A stretch of 63,826 bases of DNA, filler included, from Octopus bimaculoides (lineage: Eukaryota): assembly GCF_001194135.2 (NCBI RefSeq). It is 6 parts of 6 records of this genome, joined end to end, with 100 filler letters (N's around TTAATTAATTAA, not from the genome) between each part and the next. Parts side by side here need not be neighbours in the genome. Positions count along the whole stretch, not along the records: positions 30,706 to 48,814 come from NC_069004.1; positions 48,915 to 56,068 come from NC_069005.1; 4 more parts are not named here. The stretch is one strand, 5' to 3'. The translations under genes were made by a program, and so were the position numbers. The notes beneath the pieces are model-generated. The model did no database searches. It was not told where the DNA came from and worked only from the letters and a program-made list of their open reading frames with translations. This document shows, one piece after another, positions 38,196-51,377 of this stretch; within the stretch, counting starts at the first letter, position 1, and the number at the start of each line of letters is the position of its first letter.

Positions 38196-38260
38196 CCATA
38201 CGTGTATGTGTATGTATGCATATACATCTATGAGTGTGTGCATGTGTGTGTGTGTGTGTG
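36420..38260. repeat. ~1.8-kb TG/TCTG/TATG compound microsatellite mosaic with recurring non-simple islands
   Basis: Continuous (TG)-rich decay interrupted by TGGAA(T/C)GAGA(G/T) and ACCAGTGT islands. Confidence 0.85.
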
Positions 38261-38617
38261 TGACTGCGGTGTCTCCTGCAACTGGAATGAGAGATGCGAG
38301 GGAGCTAGAACCAGATCTAGATCCAGATCAAGAAATGGAGTCCCTTTGCAAAGAGAATCAGATATTTTAATATTGCAACATGGAGCAACAACATAATGAT
38401 AAGCTGACTCATCTCTCTCTCCTTCGTTCTATACTGCTACTGTCTACACTGTACTGCTGTAGTGGTGGTGGTGGTGGTGGTATTGCTCTAGTGGTGGTGG
38501 TGGTGGTGGTGGTGCTGNNNNNNNNNNNNNNNNNNNNNNNNNNNNNNNNNNNNNNNNNNNNNNNNNNNNNNNNNNNNNNNNNNNNNNNNNNNNNNNNNNN
38601 NNNNNNNNNNNNNNNNN

Positions 38618-38830
38618 CATCATCATCAGCATCATCAATATTTTTATGGCCACTTTCCATGGGCTGAAAGGTTGTCGCATTCTGAGTCATCTGCAGTTGG
38701 GAGTTACTGCTTCTATAGACCAATGCTTGCAGGGGTCATTTGTATTTGGCCTGGTTTCTAAGACTGGATGCTCTTCCTATCACCAACCACTTTACAGAAT
38801 GTACTGGGCATGTTTTTCCAGGCACCAACA
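38618..38830 (-). mobile_element. SINE-like family E, diverged
   Basis: catcatc tail on plus strand; ctggatgctcttcctatcaccaaccac is the antisense of the family core. Confidence 0.65.
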
Positions 38831-38909
38831 CAAGAGAAATTGAAGAAATGGACCTTAGAATCATATGCATTCTCTGCTTAGTTTCTCAACCACTTTACAG
38901 AGTATATTG

Positions 38910-39212
38910 GTTTCAAATTGTGGCACAAGGCCAGCAATTCTGGGGGGGGGGGATAAATCAATTATATCTAACCCAGAGCTCAACTGGTACCTATTTTATT
39001 CTTTTCTATTCTAGGCACAAGGCCCAAAATTTTGGGGGAGGGAGCCAGTTGATTAGATCGACTCCAGTACCCAACTGGTACTTAAAAAATTGACCCCGAA
39101 AGAATGACAGGCAAAGTCGACCACAGTGGAATTTGAACTCAGAACGTAAAGATAGATAAAATACCGCTAAGCATTTTGCCTGGCGTGCTAATGTTTCTGC
39201 CAGCTCGCCGCC
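38910..39212 (-). mobile_element. SINE family A full copy (39001-39212) plus an extra 3' fragment (38910-39000)
   Basis: Antisense match ending gccagctcgccgcc, followed by (AAT)n. Confidence 0.88.
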
Positions 39213-39922
39213 TTTTTAATAATAATAATAAAGATAATGATGNNNNNNNNNNNNNNNNNNNNNNNNNNNNNNNNNNNNNNNNNNNNNNNNNNNNNNNNNN
39301 NNNNNNNNNNNNNNNNNNNNNNNNNNNNNNNNNNNNNNNNNNNNNNNNNNNNNNNNNNNNNNNNNNNNNNNNNNNNNNNNNNNNNNNNNNNNNNNNNNNN
39401 NNNNNNNNNNNNNNNNNNNNNNNNNNNNNNNNNNNNNNNNNNNNNNNNNNNNNNNNNNNNNNNNNNNNNNNNNNNNNNNNNNNNNNNNNNNNNNNNNNNN
39501 NNNNNNNNNNNNNNNNNNNNNNNNNNNNNNNNNNNNNNNNNNNNNNNNNNNNNNNNNNNNNNNNNNNNNNNNNNNNNNNNNNNNNNNNNNNNNNNNNNNN
39601 NNNNNNNNNNNNNNNNNNNNNNNNNNNNNNNNNNNNNNNNNNNNNNNNNNNNNNNNNNNNNNNNNNNNNNNNNNNNNNNNNNNNNNNNNNNNNNNNNNNN
39701 NNNNNNNNNNNNNNNNNNNNNNNNNNNNNNNNNNNNNNNNNNNNNNNNNNNNNNNNNNNNNNNNNNNNNNNNNNNNNNNNNNNNNNNNNNNNNNNNNNNN
39801 NNNNNNNNNNNNNNNNNNNNNNNNNNNNNNNNNNNNNNNNNNNNNNNNNNNNNNNNNNNNNNNNNNNNNNNNNNNNNNNNNNNNNNNNNNNNNNNNNNNN
39901 NNNNNNNNNNNNNNNNNNNNNN

Positions 39923-40121
39923 TACATAACAAAAACTTCAGGACTTACAAATATATATAACATACAGAAAATTGCACTACTGGGCACTGCACACATCCTA
40001 CGCAAAACACTTTCAATACAGTAATAAGAGCATCACAGCAAACCACAGCACGTACCCAAGGCGCACAGAGCTGCGCTCGGTAGTGAAGTGAAAGCACATT
40101 ATAAAAATAAAACTAGTGAAC

Positions 40122-40160
<39 letters not shown>
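39923..40160 (+). mobile_element. R4/Dong-type LINE 3' end with 3'UTR and (AAT)n tail
   Basis: YITKTSGLTNIYNIQKIALLGTAHILRKTLSIQ*, the typical RLE C-terminal motif; nearly identical to the copy at 62435. Confidence 0.88.
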
Positions 40161-40162
<2 letters not shown>

Positions 40163-40163
<1 letters not shown>

Positions 40164-40765
40164 TCTTTCTACTGGAAGCACAAGGCCTCAAATTTGGAGA
40201 AGGGATTAAGGCAATTACATCGACCCCAGTATGTAACTGGTTCTTAATTTATCGACCACGAAAGGATGAAAGGTAAAGTCAACCTCAGTGGAACTTGACT
40301 CAGAATATAGCGGCAGACAAAATACCGCTAGGCATCTTGCCCAGTCTGCTAACGGTTCTTTTCTACTCTAGGCACAGGGCCCGAAATTTTGGGGGAGGGG
40401 CCCAGTTGATTAGATCGACCCCAGTATGCAACTGGTGCTTAATCTATCGACCCCGAAAGGATGAAAAGCAAAGTCGACCTCGTCGGAATTTGAATTCAGA
40501 ATATAAAGATAGACGAAATACCGCTAAGCATTTCGCCTGGCGTGATAAAGATTCTGCCAGCTTGCTGCCTTTGGTACCTATTCTATTGACCCTGAAAGGA
40601 TGAAATGCAAAGTCAACCTCATCAGAATTTGAACCCTGTATGTAAAGATGGATGAAATGATGCTAAGCATTTTGCCCAATGATTTATGGACACCCTGTAT
40701 ATGAGTGAGGGAACAAACAAAAGTAGCACCCAACTGCTAAGGGTTCTGCCAGTTTGCCCCTTACT
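40163..40765 (-). mobile_element. Cluster of three tandem SINE family A copies
   Basis: Units at ~40163-40355, 40357-40572 and 40575-40765 (the last is interrupted), each with aaagtc(g/a)acctc...gaactcagaa/aattcagaa. Confidence 0.85.
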
Positions 40766-40779
40766 TTACAGAGTATTCT

Positions 40780-41113
40780 TATTCTTTTATTTGTTTCAGT
40801 ATGGCCATGCTGGAACACTGCCTTTTAGTCGAGCAAACTAACTCCAGGATTTATCCTTTGTAAGCTTAGTACTTATTCTATCAGTCTTTTTTGCTGAACT
40901 GCTAAGTTATGGGGGACATAAACACACCAACATCAGTTGTCGAGTGATGGAGTGGGTATGAACACAGACACACAAGCACACACACACACATATACAATGG
41001 GTTTCTTTCAGTTTCAGTCTACCAAATCCACTTACAAGGCTTTGGTTGGCCTGAGGCTATAGTAGAAGACATTTGCCCAAGGTGCCATGCAGTGGGACTG
41101 AACCTGGAACCAT
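40780..41113 (-). mobile_element. SINE family B
   Basis: Antisense tail to B box (gggactgaacctggaacc). Confidence 0.88.
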
Positions 41114-42023
41114 GAGTACATTTTGTGGTGTCACCATCCAGAGAGAGTGTTTCATTCACATGTCACTTTTAGGGAGCGGAAGTTGTTGGCTGGCATCAGT
41201 ATAGATGGAGTGGAGTCTTATACACAAAACAAATAAGGAAAGTAGTCAGAGCTGAGACATGTATANNNNNNNNNNNNNNNNNNNNNNNNNNNNNNNNNNN
41301 NNNNNNNNNNNNNNNNNNNNNNNNNNNNNNNNNNNNNNNNNNNNNNNNNNNNNNNNNNNNNNNNNNNNNNNNNNNNNNNNNNNNNNNNNNNNNNNNNNNN
41401 NNNNNNNNNNNNNNNNNNNNNNNNNNNNNNNNNNNNNNNNNNNNNNNNNNNNNNNNNNNNNNNNNNNNNNNNNNNNNNNNNNNNNNNNNNNNNNNNNNNN
41501 NNNNNNNNNNNNNNNNNNNNNNNNNNNNNNNNNNNNNNNNNNNNNNNNNNNNNNNNNNNNNNNNNNNNNNNNNNNNNNNNNNNNNNNNNNNNNNNNNNNN
41601 NNNNNNNNNNNNNNNNNNNNNNNNNNNNNNNNNNNNNNNNNNNNNNNNNNNNNNNNNNNNNNNNNNNNNNNNNNNNNNNNNNNNNNNNNNNNNNNNNNNN
41701 NNNNNNNNNNNNNNNNNNNNNNNNNNNNNNNNNNNNNNNNNNNNNNNNNNNNNNNNNNNNNNNNNNNNNNNNNNNNNNNNNNNNNNNNNNNNNNNNNNNN
41801 NNNNNNNNNNNNNNNNNNNNNNNNNNNNNNNNNNNNNNNNNNNNNNNNNNNNNNNNNNNNNNNNNNNNNNNNNNNNNNNNNNNNNNNNNNNNNNNNNNNN
41901 NNNNNNNNNNNNNNNNNNNNNNNNNNNNNNNNNNNNNNNNNNNNNNNNNNNNNNNNNNNNCTATACAACTTGGTTTCATGTACATAGGACATATCCATCT
42001 CATCAGATTAAATACATATAACT

Positions 42024-42054
<31 letters not shown>

Positions 42055-42269
42055 GAAAGTCTTCGCAAAAATTACTCAATACAGCTTTTAAGTATAAAAG
42101 GGATTTTCTAAAAAATTGTTTTAAAAAAAAGTTATAAAATCTTTTATCAGGATGTTACTAACCTTTGTGGAAGAAGTTCTTTTCCTAGTGTGTGTGAGTA
42201 CTTTCAATTCACCTTTTCAAATATATATGTATGTATGTCATTATTCAGTTCATTTCAAGATTTCTTGCC

Positions 42270-42720
42270 AATAGAGAAAGAACCGGTTTCTAACCTAGAT
42301 CCAAAGCTCCTTCATTGGAATTTCAACATCAACAACTGGGTAATTTTGTTTGTATGAATGTATGTATGCAAGTATGTACAGATTTGTATGTTTTATGTAT
42401 GTATGTCCGAATATATGTATATGTATATATATATGTATAAACAAATAATAAATGAGTATATGCATATATACGTACAAGTATGTGCATACCTACGTCTACC
42501 TGTATATATAGGTGCATATCTGGGTACAGGACATTGCAAACAAAACGTAGACAAAAAAATAATAATAACCAGAGTACAGAACACACACAGGCCACATAGA
42601 GAACATTTTCCTTCATCAGCTACCTCCATTCTAACACAGGCGTTTCGAAGAGTCCTATCTTATGTATAAAGACAAAATATGGACAAACAATTATAGATAG
42701 CAGGAATTCGTTTATATGAG
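42270..42720 (-). mobile_element. Penelope-like terminal-repeat remnants
   Basis: gggtacagga...ccttcatcag shared with 26490-26610; a further TGAAGG..GAAAC-like motif at ~42290-42320. Confidence 0.45.
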
Positions 42721-44042
42721 TTGTTATCCATACACGTAACAGGACAAAGACAGTCCTTTACAGCACTGAATGGCTGATATTATAATACATACAGTGCAAA
42801 CTGGTGTACATAATGAGGCAATATTACACACAGCAAACAAGCTAAATATGATGAACTTGTAATGAAATTTGATATGCAGGTATTTTTAAGCAGAAATCAC
42901 TGAATATTTTCCCCAGAAAGATGAATGGGAAAGGCAATAGTTGCCGGACACATATTTCATGATAAGAACATGGTGGAGGAACAGGGGAGAGTTAATAATG
43001 GAGAGGTGAATAGAGAAAAAGGAGAGAAAGAATATGAGGTTAAGAGCAAAATGTATTAGTAAAAAGTAAGGAGTGAAAAGAGAGAAAAGAATAAAGAAAA
43101 CAAGGAAACAAGGAAGGAGAGAAAGAAAGACAAAGTTGGGGACCATTCAAAAGAAAGTACAGAGAAAGGTAGGATAGGGAGCAGAGATCAAAGGAAATCT
43201 ACTAAAAAGAAAGAGGGTGTGATATATGGAACAGCCCTCTTTGATGTAAAAGAAACAATGTAACTTGATGTTGACCTGATTTAGTATAAGTGTCTCTTGT
43301 AAATATGAATGGCGCTATTCCAAAAAAGTTATATAAAAATATAAATATATAAGAATGAACAATAAAAAGAAACCCCCCAAAACTATTATGTGCCTCAAAG
43401 AAAAGTGTGAAATATTTTAAGTACCATTCAAATTACAATAGGTCATAATTCAAGCAAGACAATATAGTTAAATCCACACAATTGTAACAGGGAAAAGTAG
43501 AGATGAGAAAGTCTAATCACAATACAGGGCTTATAGTTATCTAAATTGATTTGAGCAGGTTGATCTATAGTAAAAGGGAAGTATTTTGAAACATCTATGC
43601 TAGCAGAATATGATTACATCACACCATTTATTAATGAGAATGTCATTATTCTCGCATATTACCTCAGTAGATACTCTGCTGTGCAAATTGCATGTCATGT
43701 GATCATCCTGGAATGATCTTCCACTCTTAACGATAGAATAGGATATGTTATGCAATATATAGTTGGCCTTGAGATAATGGATATAATTTACCAGCAAAAT
43801 ATATCTATGCTTAAAGTTAGAGAATGAGCAAACATGTGCCAAATAAAGCCTCTTAAAATCGGTCAACTTTTTGTATATTTTGATGGAATTTTGGTGTGTA
43901 GTAGAGACAGTGCATTTATGAACAACATTATATCAAACAATGACCCATCAAATGGTAATTATTGAGTATTTCTACAACTAGATTTCTTATTATGAGTTAA
44001 GATCAGTGCATTGTTTCTCATCATTGTAGTTATGGAAGTCAC

Positions 44043-44087
<45 letters not shown>

Positions 44088-44104
44088 CATCATGATTATT
44101 ATTA

Positions 44105-44420
44105 AGGCAGTGAGCTGGCAGAATTGTTAGCACGCAGGGCAAAATTTCAGCATTTCATCCATCTCCATGTTCTAAGTTCAAATTCCGCCAAGGTCAACTT
44201 TGCCTTTCATCCTCTCAGAGTCGATAAAATGTAATAGACTCATCCCCACCCACCACAAGCTGCCCTTGTAGCAAAAATTTGAAATAATAATAACAATTAT
44301 TATTATTACCATTATCATCATCATTATTATTAAGCCGGTAGGATCATTAGCATACCAGATAAAATGCTTAGTGGCATTTTATCCGTCTTTACATTCTGAA
44401 TTCAGATGCTACCAAGTTTC
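44105..44420 (+). mobile_element. Two SINE family A copies separated by AAT/ATT repeats
   Basis: aaggcagtgagctggcagaattgttagcacg (44105) and a second head/body from ~44332. Confidence 0.8.
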
Positions 44421-45360
44421 TGTGTATTTAATGCAAGAATGATGGATCCAAGATTAGGTTTGGTGGAATGAGAAAGTTTGATTGTGGACATATTAAATAT
44501 GGGATTTTATATACTCTGAAGAGTGAAATTTGATTAAAGAATATTGAAGACCACTTTAGGCAGAGACTTAACATCTAAACAAAATGGTAATAAAAACCAT
44601 GCCTTCTTTTTTTTTTACCAGGTATATAATTCTTGTGTTCTCCAAAACTAATATCTGTTAGGTAGTTACTGTATAACTAGAGAGCTGTAATCAGTATTGG
44701 TAGTTTACTTTGAAGGAGAATGTTAACAGAAATATGTTCATTATCCTTAGCTGCAACCTTTTTAGGATTAATGACATTATCAAGATTATCTATAGTATAA
44801 CTGTAGAGTGGAATAAGGAGTTCCAACATAATTTTGAGCCTAGTGTTGTGAATATGCAATATTTCATAGGAGAAACCACTAATATGTAGAGCCTGATTAC
44901 AGCTTGGAGCATGGCTATTAAAGATATTTTCATTTGCTGAGAGATTGGAAATTCTTGAGGAAAAACTATTAAAAACATAATTTAAGACAGATCTAGGGTG
45001 ATTAGATTTAATGTTAATATACTGGAGACATTCATTGGGATAGGAGTAGTATAACCCAGAGTTTAAATCTAGAGTAAAGTCTAAGAAGTTGGCCACTTTA
45101 AAACTATTGTTGAAAGTAATATATAAATATTTTTGGTAAATGAATATTATTGAGGAATTTATAGAGAGCATTCCAGATACATTCTAAACTAGGACAGCTA
45201 TGGATGCAAGAGCACTGATTCTCCATTATGTTATTGATTGACACAAAATCTGTTTTATGTTGTCTCAATTATTGATTATTATCTTTTCTTGGCAAGAAGA
45301 CAAAAATGACCATCCCAAAATATGACAATATCTTTTCTTAATTATCAAGTAAGTCTTCAA
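44410..45360 (-). mobile_element. Penelope-like element (Neptune/Naiad-type) RT-thumb/linker fragment, decayed
   Basis: Minus strand reads IVIFWDG (YRDD-like), then NFLDFTLDLNSG..YINIKSNHPRSVL..RISNLSANENIFN..ALHISGF, then KKAWFLLPF and FNMSTIKLSHSTKPNLGSII. These match conserved PLE motifs FLD.TL, SNHP, RxIIWFNPP and KLSYSC.PN. Confidence 0.85.
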
Positions 45361-45611
45361 CAGTTTTATTTACATGACCAAGGTGCACATTTGTGTGTCT
45401 AAGGTTTATGCTGCATCATCTTTTGAGAATACAGAATTGATTTTGTATACCATGCTGCACCTTTTCAGTGTGAGCCCATTGAACAGCTTTTGCTCTCTGC
45501 TGTTTCAGAATATGTGCTCTAGCATGCATAATGCACCCTTCATGCTTCAAATGAGGAAATGGTCAAGGGTCATTCTCTCTGCAAGCAAAGATCTGACCTG
45601 GTGTTACTATT

Positions 45612-45734
45612 CCAGGTCAGAGTAGACCTAGGAACAATGGAGAATATGAGGTGGTTCCACAATCCACAAAACCCTGCAACTCCCAAATCAGAGTCCCACT
45701 AACAGGTGTAGTTTAAAGTCATATCCAGGACATC
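45612..45734 (+). mobile_element. Dispersed repeat family G fragment
   Basis: Matches 34275-34396. Confidence 0.75.
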
Positions 45735-45749
45735 TGATCAATTTAGATC

Positions 45750-46500
45750 AGTTTAACTTGCTAACATGGTCCATCAACATTACTTCACAGTTGTCCTCAG
45801 TGCAGCTGGATTTGGTCTCATCTTCTGAGACTGAATCTCCACAATGTACAATGGCATATGTTTAGTGATCAAACTAAATGGATGCCTGTCAAAACCATTT
45901 GCAAAATTATACATTTATTCCATCAAAGACACCTGTTCTCAATTCTGTGTTTTGGTGCTTTAACCATTTACGTGGAAGCTGGAGGTGTTGATTCTGCATC
46001 CTTAATGAACTGGGGCCAGGAGGCCTGTGTCAGCATACTTGGATGATGTGACTATCACAGTGTAAAACACATTAGAAATTTAGGTAGTTGATGCTACCGT
46101 GAGTAAGTACCACTTAATAGGAACACACATTGAGTTAACAGGTGTACAATTCAGCACCTGAAGAGGAAATCAATGCAATCATCAGCTTTAGTTGTTGGGC
46201 CCAGGGTCTAGTTTAAATTGTTTGGGTCCAGGTCTTCACTTGATTGAGTAGAAGTTGTGAACAGGATGACCAGTCTCATTCAGAAATGGACAGACAGAAA
46301 GCTTGAGTAAAGGTAATTAATGTTCCAATTACTTCTGTGACGAACTCCAGTGTAACAGTCATACCTTATTCTTGAAAACATGTGACTAAATTGAAGAATA
46401 TGGTCTTTTGTTTTTGTGGGAAGGACAAATTTTACAGGTCAGGAGACTCATCTACTGTCAAACACCATGTCAGTGGGTAAGAGTCGCAGGATGTCATGGT
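45750..46500 (+). mobile_element. Decayed Tx1/L1-clade RT fragment (second copy)
   Basis: SAYLDDVTITV at ~46030-46062 (YxDD box); downstream CLGPGLH and SLIQKWTDRKL resemble Tx1 WFGPDLQ..W..RKLSLKG. Many stops. Confidence 0.75.
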
Positions 46501-46511
46501 TGATACTACAC

Positions 46512-46863
46512 CAGGGGTTCTCAACCATTTTTTAAAATCTATGGACCCCTTTGATTACTATTTTAATCTGGTGGACCCCTATAGCCATTTGATGTTTAAA
46601 AACTAATTATATAAAAACTTCTTTCAAAATTCTTATTCAGTTTTTCATACATTAACTTGTGTAGGTCGAACTATGTAAAATGTTAAAGAAAGAAACCTAA
46701 CTGTTTCTTGTAATACATACCAAGACATACATCTGAAGTAAAATATATTCAGGGGCCCTTAAAATACCATTGTGGATTCCCAATTTACTATTTTGTTGTG
46801 TGGATCCCCAAAAATCTTATATGGACCCTCAGGAGTCATTTGGAACCCAGTTGAGAACCATTG
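46512..46863. mobile_element. Non-autonomous hAT (Charlie/MER5-like) MITE
   Basis: TIRs CAGGGGTTCTCAAC (46512-46525) / GTTGAGAACCATTG (46850-46863); subterminal TGGACCC repeats; decayed 8-bp TSD tactacac/agctacat. Confidence 0.85.
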
Positions 46864-47013
46864 AGCTACATGATGCAAAGATGTCTTCATGACAATGATA
46901 AGGAAAGTGTGATCATCGGATGGGTTGTAAGAGATGCCATTCTACAGATGGTAGTGATGGTGTTGATGAGGGTGGGTAGTGTTGTTGGTGATAATGATGG
47001 TGACAGCAATTAC

Positions 47014-47058
<45 letters not shown>

Positions 47059-47804
47059 GGGGTAGTGAGCAACTGAGAGGAACAGAAGAGAGAAAAAGAG
47101 AAAGCAAAGGAGATGTAGTTGAGAAGTAAGCACTAAATACTGTATTTCATATCTATTTTTCTCCTCCTCCTCCTGCCCCTCTTTTCCTCTCCTACCAACT
47201 CATGCATTTCTTTGACTTGTTATTTCGCTTTCTTTGCCTCTGTCTACTTCCTCTTCTCTCTCCCCTTCCTTCTTCTGACACCCCAACCCAACTTCTCCTC
47301 CTCCTCCATCACTCTAACATCTTTTGTCTGCACTCCCATCACCTCTTTGTCTCCTTTCCACTTTCTCAATTTAATTTATTTTCTTTGAATAGTTTCTCTA
47401 CAATTTTTGTATTGTTGCTGTTGTTAATCTCTATACTGTCCTTTTATTCATTGCCCTTGTGGCAAATACAGAAAGCCTTATCATTACTGTTCTTTCTACA
47501 TCATTTTCATCAGTACATTTTCTACCACCACCACCACCACCACTACCACCACCTTCCCCGCTCCATACTCTCTCCCTCTCTCTCTTTTTATCGCTCTCTC
47601 TTCCTATCTCTCTCTCTCTCTTTCAACATTCTTTATTCATTTATTTATTTTCACTTAAACAAAGTCATTTTTGATAAATTGAACGGAAATAGAAGTTTAC
47701 GGTTACGATAGCTGGGATTGAAACTACTATTCTTAGCTTTGTAAGAATCTCAAAGAGCGGAAGTAGAATAAATATACATATATACATATACATACATATA
47801 TACG

Positions 47805-47836
<32 letters not shown>

Positions 47837-47877
47837 TACATACATATATATATACATACATACATATATATATATAT

Positions 47878-48145
47878 ATCATCATCATCATCATCATCAT
47901 CGTTTAACGTCCGCTTTCCATGCTAGCATGGGTTGGACGATTTGACTGAGGACTGGTGAAACCGGATGGCAACACCAGGCTCCAGTCTGATTTGGCAGAG
48001 TTTCTACAGCTGGATGCCCTTCCTAACGCCAACCACTCAGAGAGTGTAGTGGGTGCTTTTACGTGTCACCTGCACGAAAACGGCCACGCTCGAAATGGTG
48101 TCTTTTATGTGCCACCCGCACAAGCCAGTCCAGGGGCACTGGCAT
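47878..48145 (-). mobile_element. SINE-like family E, low divergence
   Basis: (CAT)n tail, cgtttaacgtccgctttccatgctagcatgggttgg...ctggatgcccttcctaacgccaaccac. Confidence 0.88.
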
Positions 48146-48262
48146 ATATATATATATATATAGCACATAATATATAGTTAAACACATGCATATGTCTATA
48201 TATATATAAATATATAAATGTGTGTCAGTGAATGTGTGAATGTGTGGTGTGTGTGTGTGTGT

Positions 48263-48293
<31 letters not shown>

Positions 48294-49001
48294 CATACAT
48301 ACATACACACACAAACACATACACACAGGTATATATGTGTATATATATATATACATACATGCATAAATGAACATACATACATTTACACTAGATATATACA
48401 TATACTTTTCAAGAATGCAAGGAAAAAAAGAAATAAATTCTTGTTTTTAAATATCTTGTTTCAAACATCACAAAAATTTACCTTGAAATTATTGTAATTT
48501 TTTTTTTTCAAACTGCTCTAGATTTCTGGAAAAAAAGGTGTAATATTATACCTATTCAATGGTATTCTTTTCATTTTGTCTTGTGAGTTCTCTATAAACT
48601 GATGCATATATTCACACACACTCACACACACATAATATATATATATACAAATATAAATACATACACGCACACACACACATATATATATATACACATACAT
48701 AAATACACATAGATGAATGGGTACCCCAAAATAACTGAAAATGTTCTCTGTGGGACAAACCTGTTGTAGTTCAGGCTTCTACCACTAGAAGCTACTTGAT
48801 GTGACCCCCCCCCCNNNNNNNNNNNNNNNNNNNNNNNNNNNNNNNNNNNNNNNNNNNNTTAATTAATTAANNNNNNNNNNNNNNNNNNNNNNNNNNNNNN
48901 NNNNNNNNNNNNNNTATATGTGTGTGTGTGTGTGTTTAACTAAGTAGCTATTTTCCTATCTATATGTTTATCTATTTTTCCATCTATTTATCTCTCTCTC
49001 T

Positions 49002-49036
<35 letters not shown>

Positions 49037-49080
49037 CTTCTATATCTCTATCCGTTCATCTATCTATCTATCGATCGATG

Positions 49081-49633
49081 CATCGTATTTTGCCCCCTCT
49101 GTGTTCGGCCTTGTGTCGCTAATAAAGAAGCATTTCTATCTATCTATCTATCTATCTATTTATGTATCGCTTGATCTATCTATCTATCTACCTACCTACC
49201 TATATATCTATCCAACAATTTCAGATTCTAAACCTTGTTTACAATATATTATTTCCACTCTCCTTCAACAGTTAGCTCATTAAGCAAGCCAGCTAAGCGC
49301 AGAAGTAGGAAACAAGACCAACAACAAGACCAGCACCACCGCCAAAAACAACAACAGCATGTTCTATTCGGATAGACTGTAGCAGACACACGCTGAAATT
49401 CATCTACATATATTCATTGTTTGTTTTGGTTGTTGTAAAATTTGCTAACGTTGTTCTTGTTTCTGTTGTTGTGTATTTAAATCTCTGTGTAAACATTTTG
49501 AGCAATTTGCGGCCTTTTCTATTTTATCTTTAGAGAAATACTTCTGCTTCAACATTTCGTTGTTAGCGCGCTGAGTGTATCGAGGCTGATTTTTGAGGTC
49601 GATATGCACAGTTTGTGCGCGCACTAAACTTTT

Positions 49634-49700
<67 letters not shown>

Positions 49701-49711
49701 CAGAGAGACAG

Positions 49712-49766
<55 letters not shown>

Positions 49767-49828
49767 CAGATAGATAACTTTCTTTATTAGCCACACAAGG
49801 CCGAATACAAAGGGGACAAAATACAATG
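49081..49828. repeat. Tail-to-tail pair of short retroelement 3' ends with (CTAT)n tails
   Basis: 49081-49129 is the reverse complement of 49780-49828 (TTCGGCCTTGTG..GCTAATAAAGAA); each is followed inward by a CTAT/ATAG array. Confidence 0.8.
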
Positions 49829-51254
49829 TAGAGCTTTTCTTTTCGAAAGAAAAAGAAGAAAATAGAAAATAAAAAGAGAAAATTAATTGTAAATTTGTAA
49901 AAAAAAAAACAGATTAGGTTTATGCGTGGAAAGATAAACCTACGAAAAAGACCACGGTAACATCAGGCAGGGAGGGAAAAAACACATGTGAACAAANNNN
50001 NNNNNNNNNNNNNNNNNNNNNNNNNNNNNNNNNNNNNNNNNNNNNNNNNNNNNNNNNNNNNNNNNNNNNNNNNNNNNNNNNNNNNNNNNNNNNNNNNNNN
50101 NNNNNNNNNNNNNNNNNNNNNNNNNNNNNNNNNNNNNNNNNNNNNNNNNNNNNNNNNNNNNNNNNNNNNNNNNNNNNNNNNNNNNNNNNNNNNNNNNNNN
50201 NNNNNNNNNNNNNNNNNNNNNNNNNNNNNNNNNNNNNNNNNNNNNNNNNNNNNNNNNNNNNNNNNNNNNNNNNNNNNNNNNNNNNNNNNNNNNNNNNNNN
50301 NNNNNNNNNNNNNNNNNNNNNNNNNNNNNNNNNNNNNNNNNNNNNNNNNNNNNNNNNNNNNNNNNNNNNNNNNNNNNNNNNNNNNNNNNNNNNNNNNNNN
50401 NNNNNNNNNNNNNNNNNNNNNNNNNNNNNNNNNNNNNNNNNNNNNNNNNNNNNNNNNNNNNNNNNNNNNNNNNNNNNNNNNNNNNNNNNNNNNNNNNNNN
50501 NNNNNNNNNNNNNNNNNNNNNNNNNNNNNNNNNNNNNNNNNNNNNNNNNNNNNNNNNNNNNNNNNNNNNNNNNNNNNNNNNNNNNNNNNNNNNNNNNNNN
50601 NNNNNNNNNNNNNNNNNNNNNNNNNNNNNNNNNNNNNNNNNNNNNNNNNNNNNNNNNNNNNNNNNNNNNNNNNNNNNNNNNNNNNNNNNNNNNNNNNNNG
50701 ATGGTGGCACATGCAGCGGAGTCGTCGGATGGGGTGACGGCGGGGGGCGTCCGCGGCACTTTGTTTACGGATGGCTGTTTCGCTCGTATGATTCTTTTAC
50801 CATTGCCTATTTTACCATCCTCATTAAAAAAAAAAAAAAAAAACAGAAAATAGAATATTTCTTCATTGGTCTATTTCCTGTCGTGAAATGGTGGTGATGC
50901 CGATCAGAGTCAGTGTAGGGCGAGTGCGGTGGTAGTGATGACGGTAGTGGTGGTGGTGGTGTGTCGGAGGTGAAAGATCGGTCAGAGAGAGAAGAAATGA
51001 ATAAATGAAAGAATAAAATATACAGATAAGGAAATATGGTAGAATGTAGAATAAGAGAGTTGGGAACTTTGGTAGTGGAACATCAAAGAGTCGCCTATCT
51101 AATCTGATAACCTTTTTTTTTTCCATTGTATATTTTTTTCATATGTCTTAAGATATTTCTGCTTGCATTCGTATTTACCTACCATTGAAGACATACATAT
51201 ATAGATATACATACACATACACACACACATATATATATGCATATGTGTAAGTAT

Positions 51255-51377
<123 letters not shown>

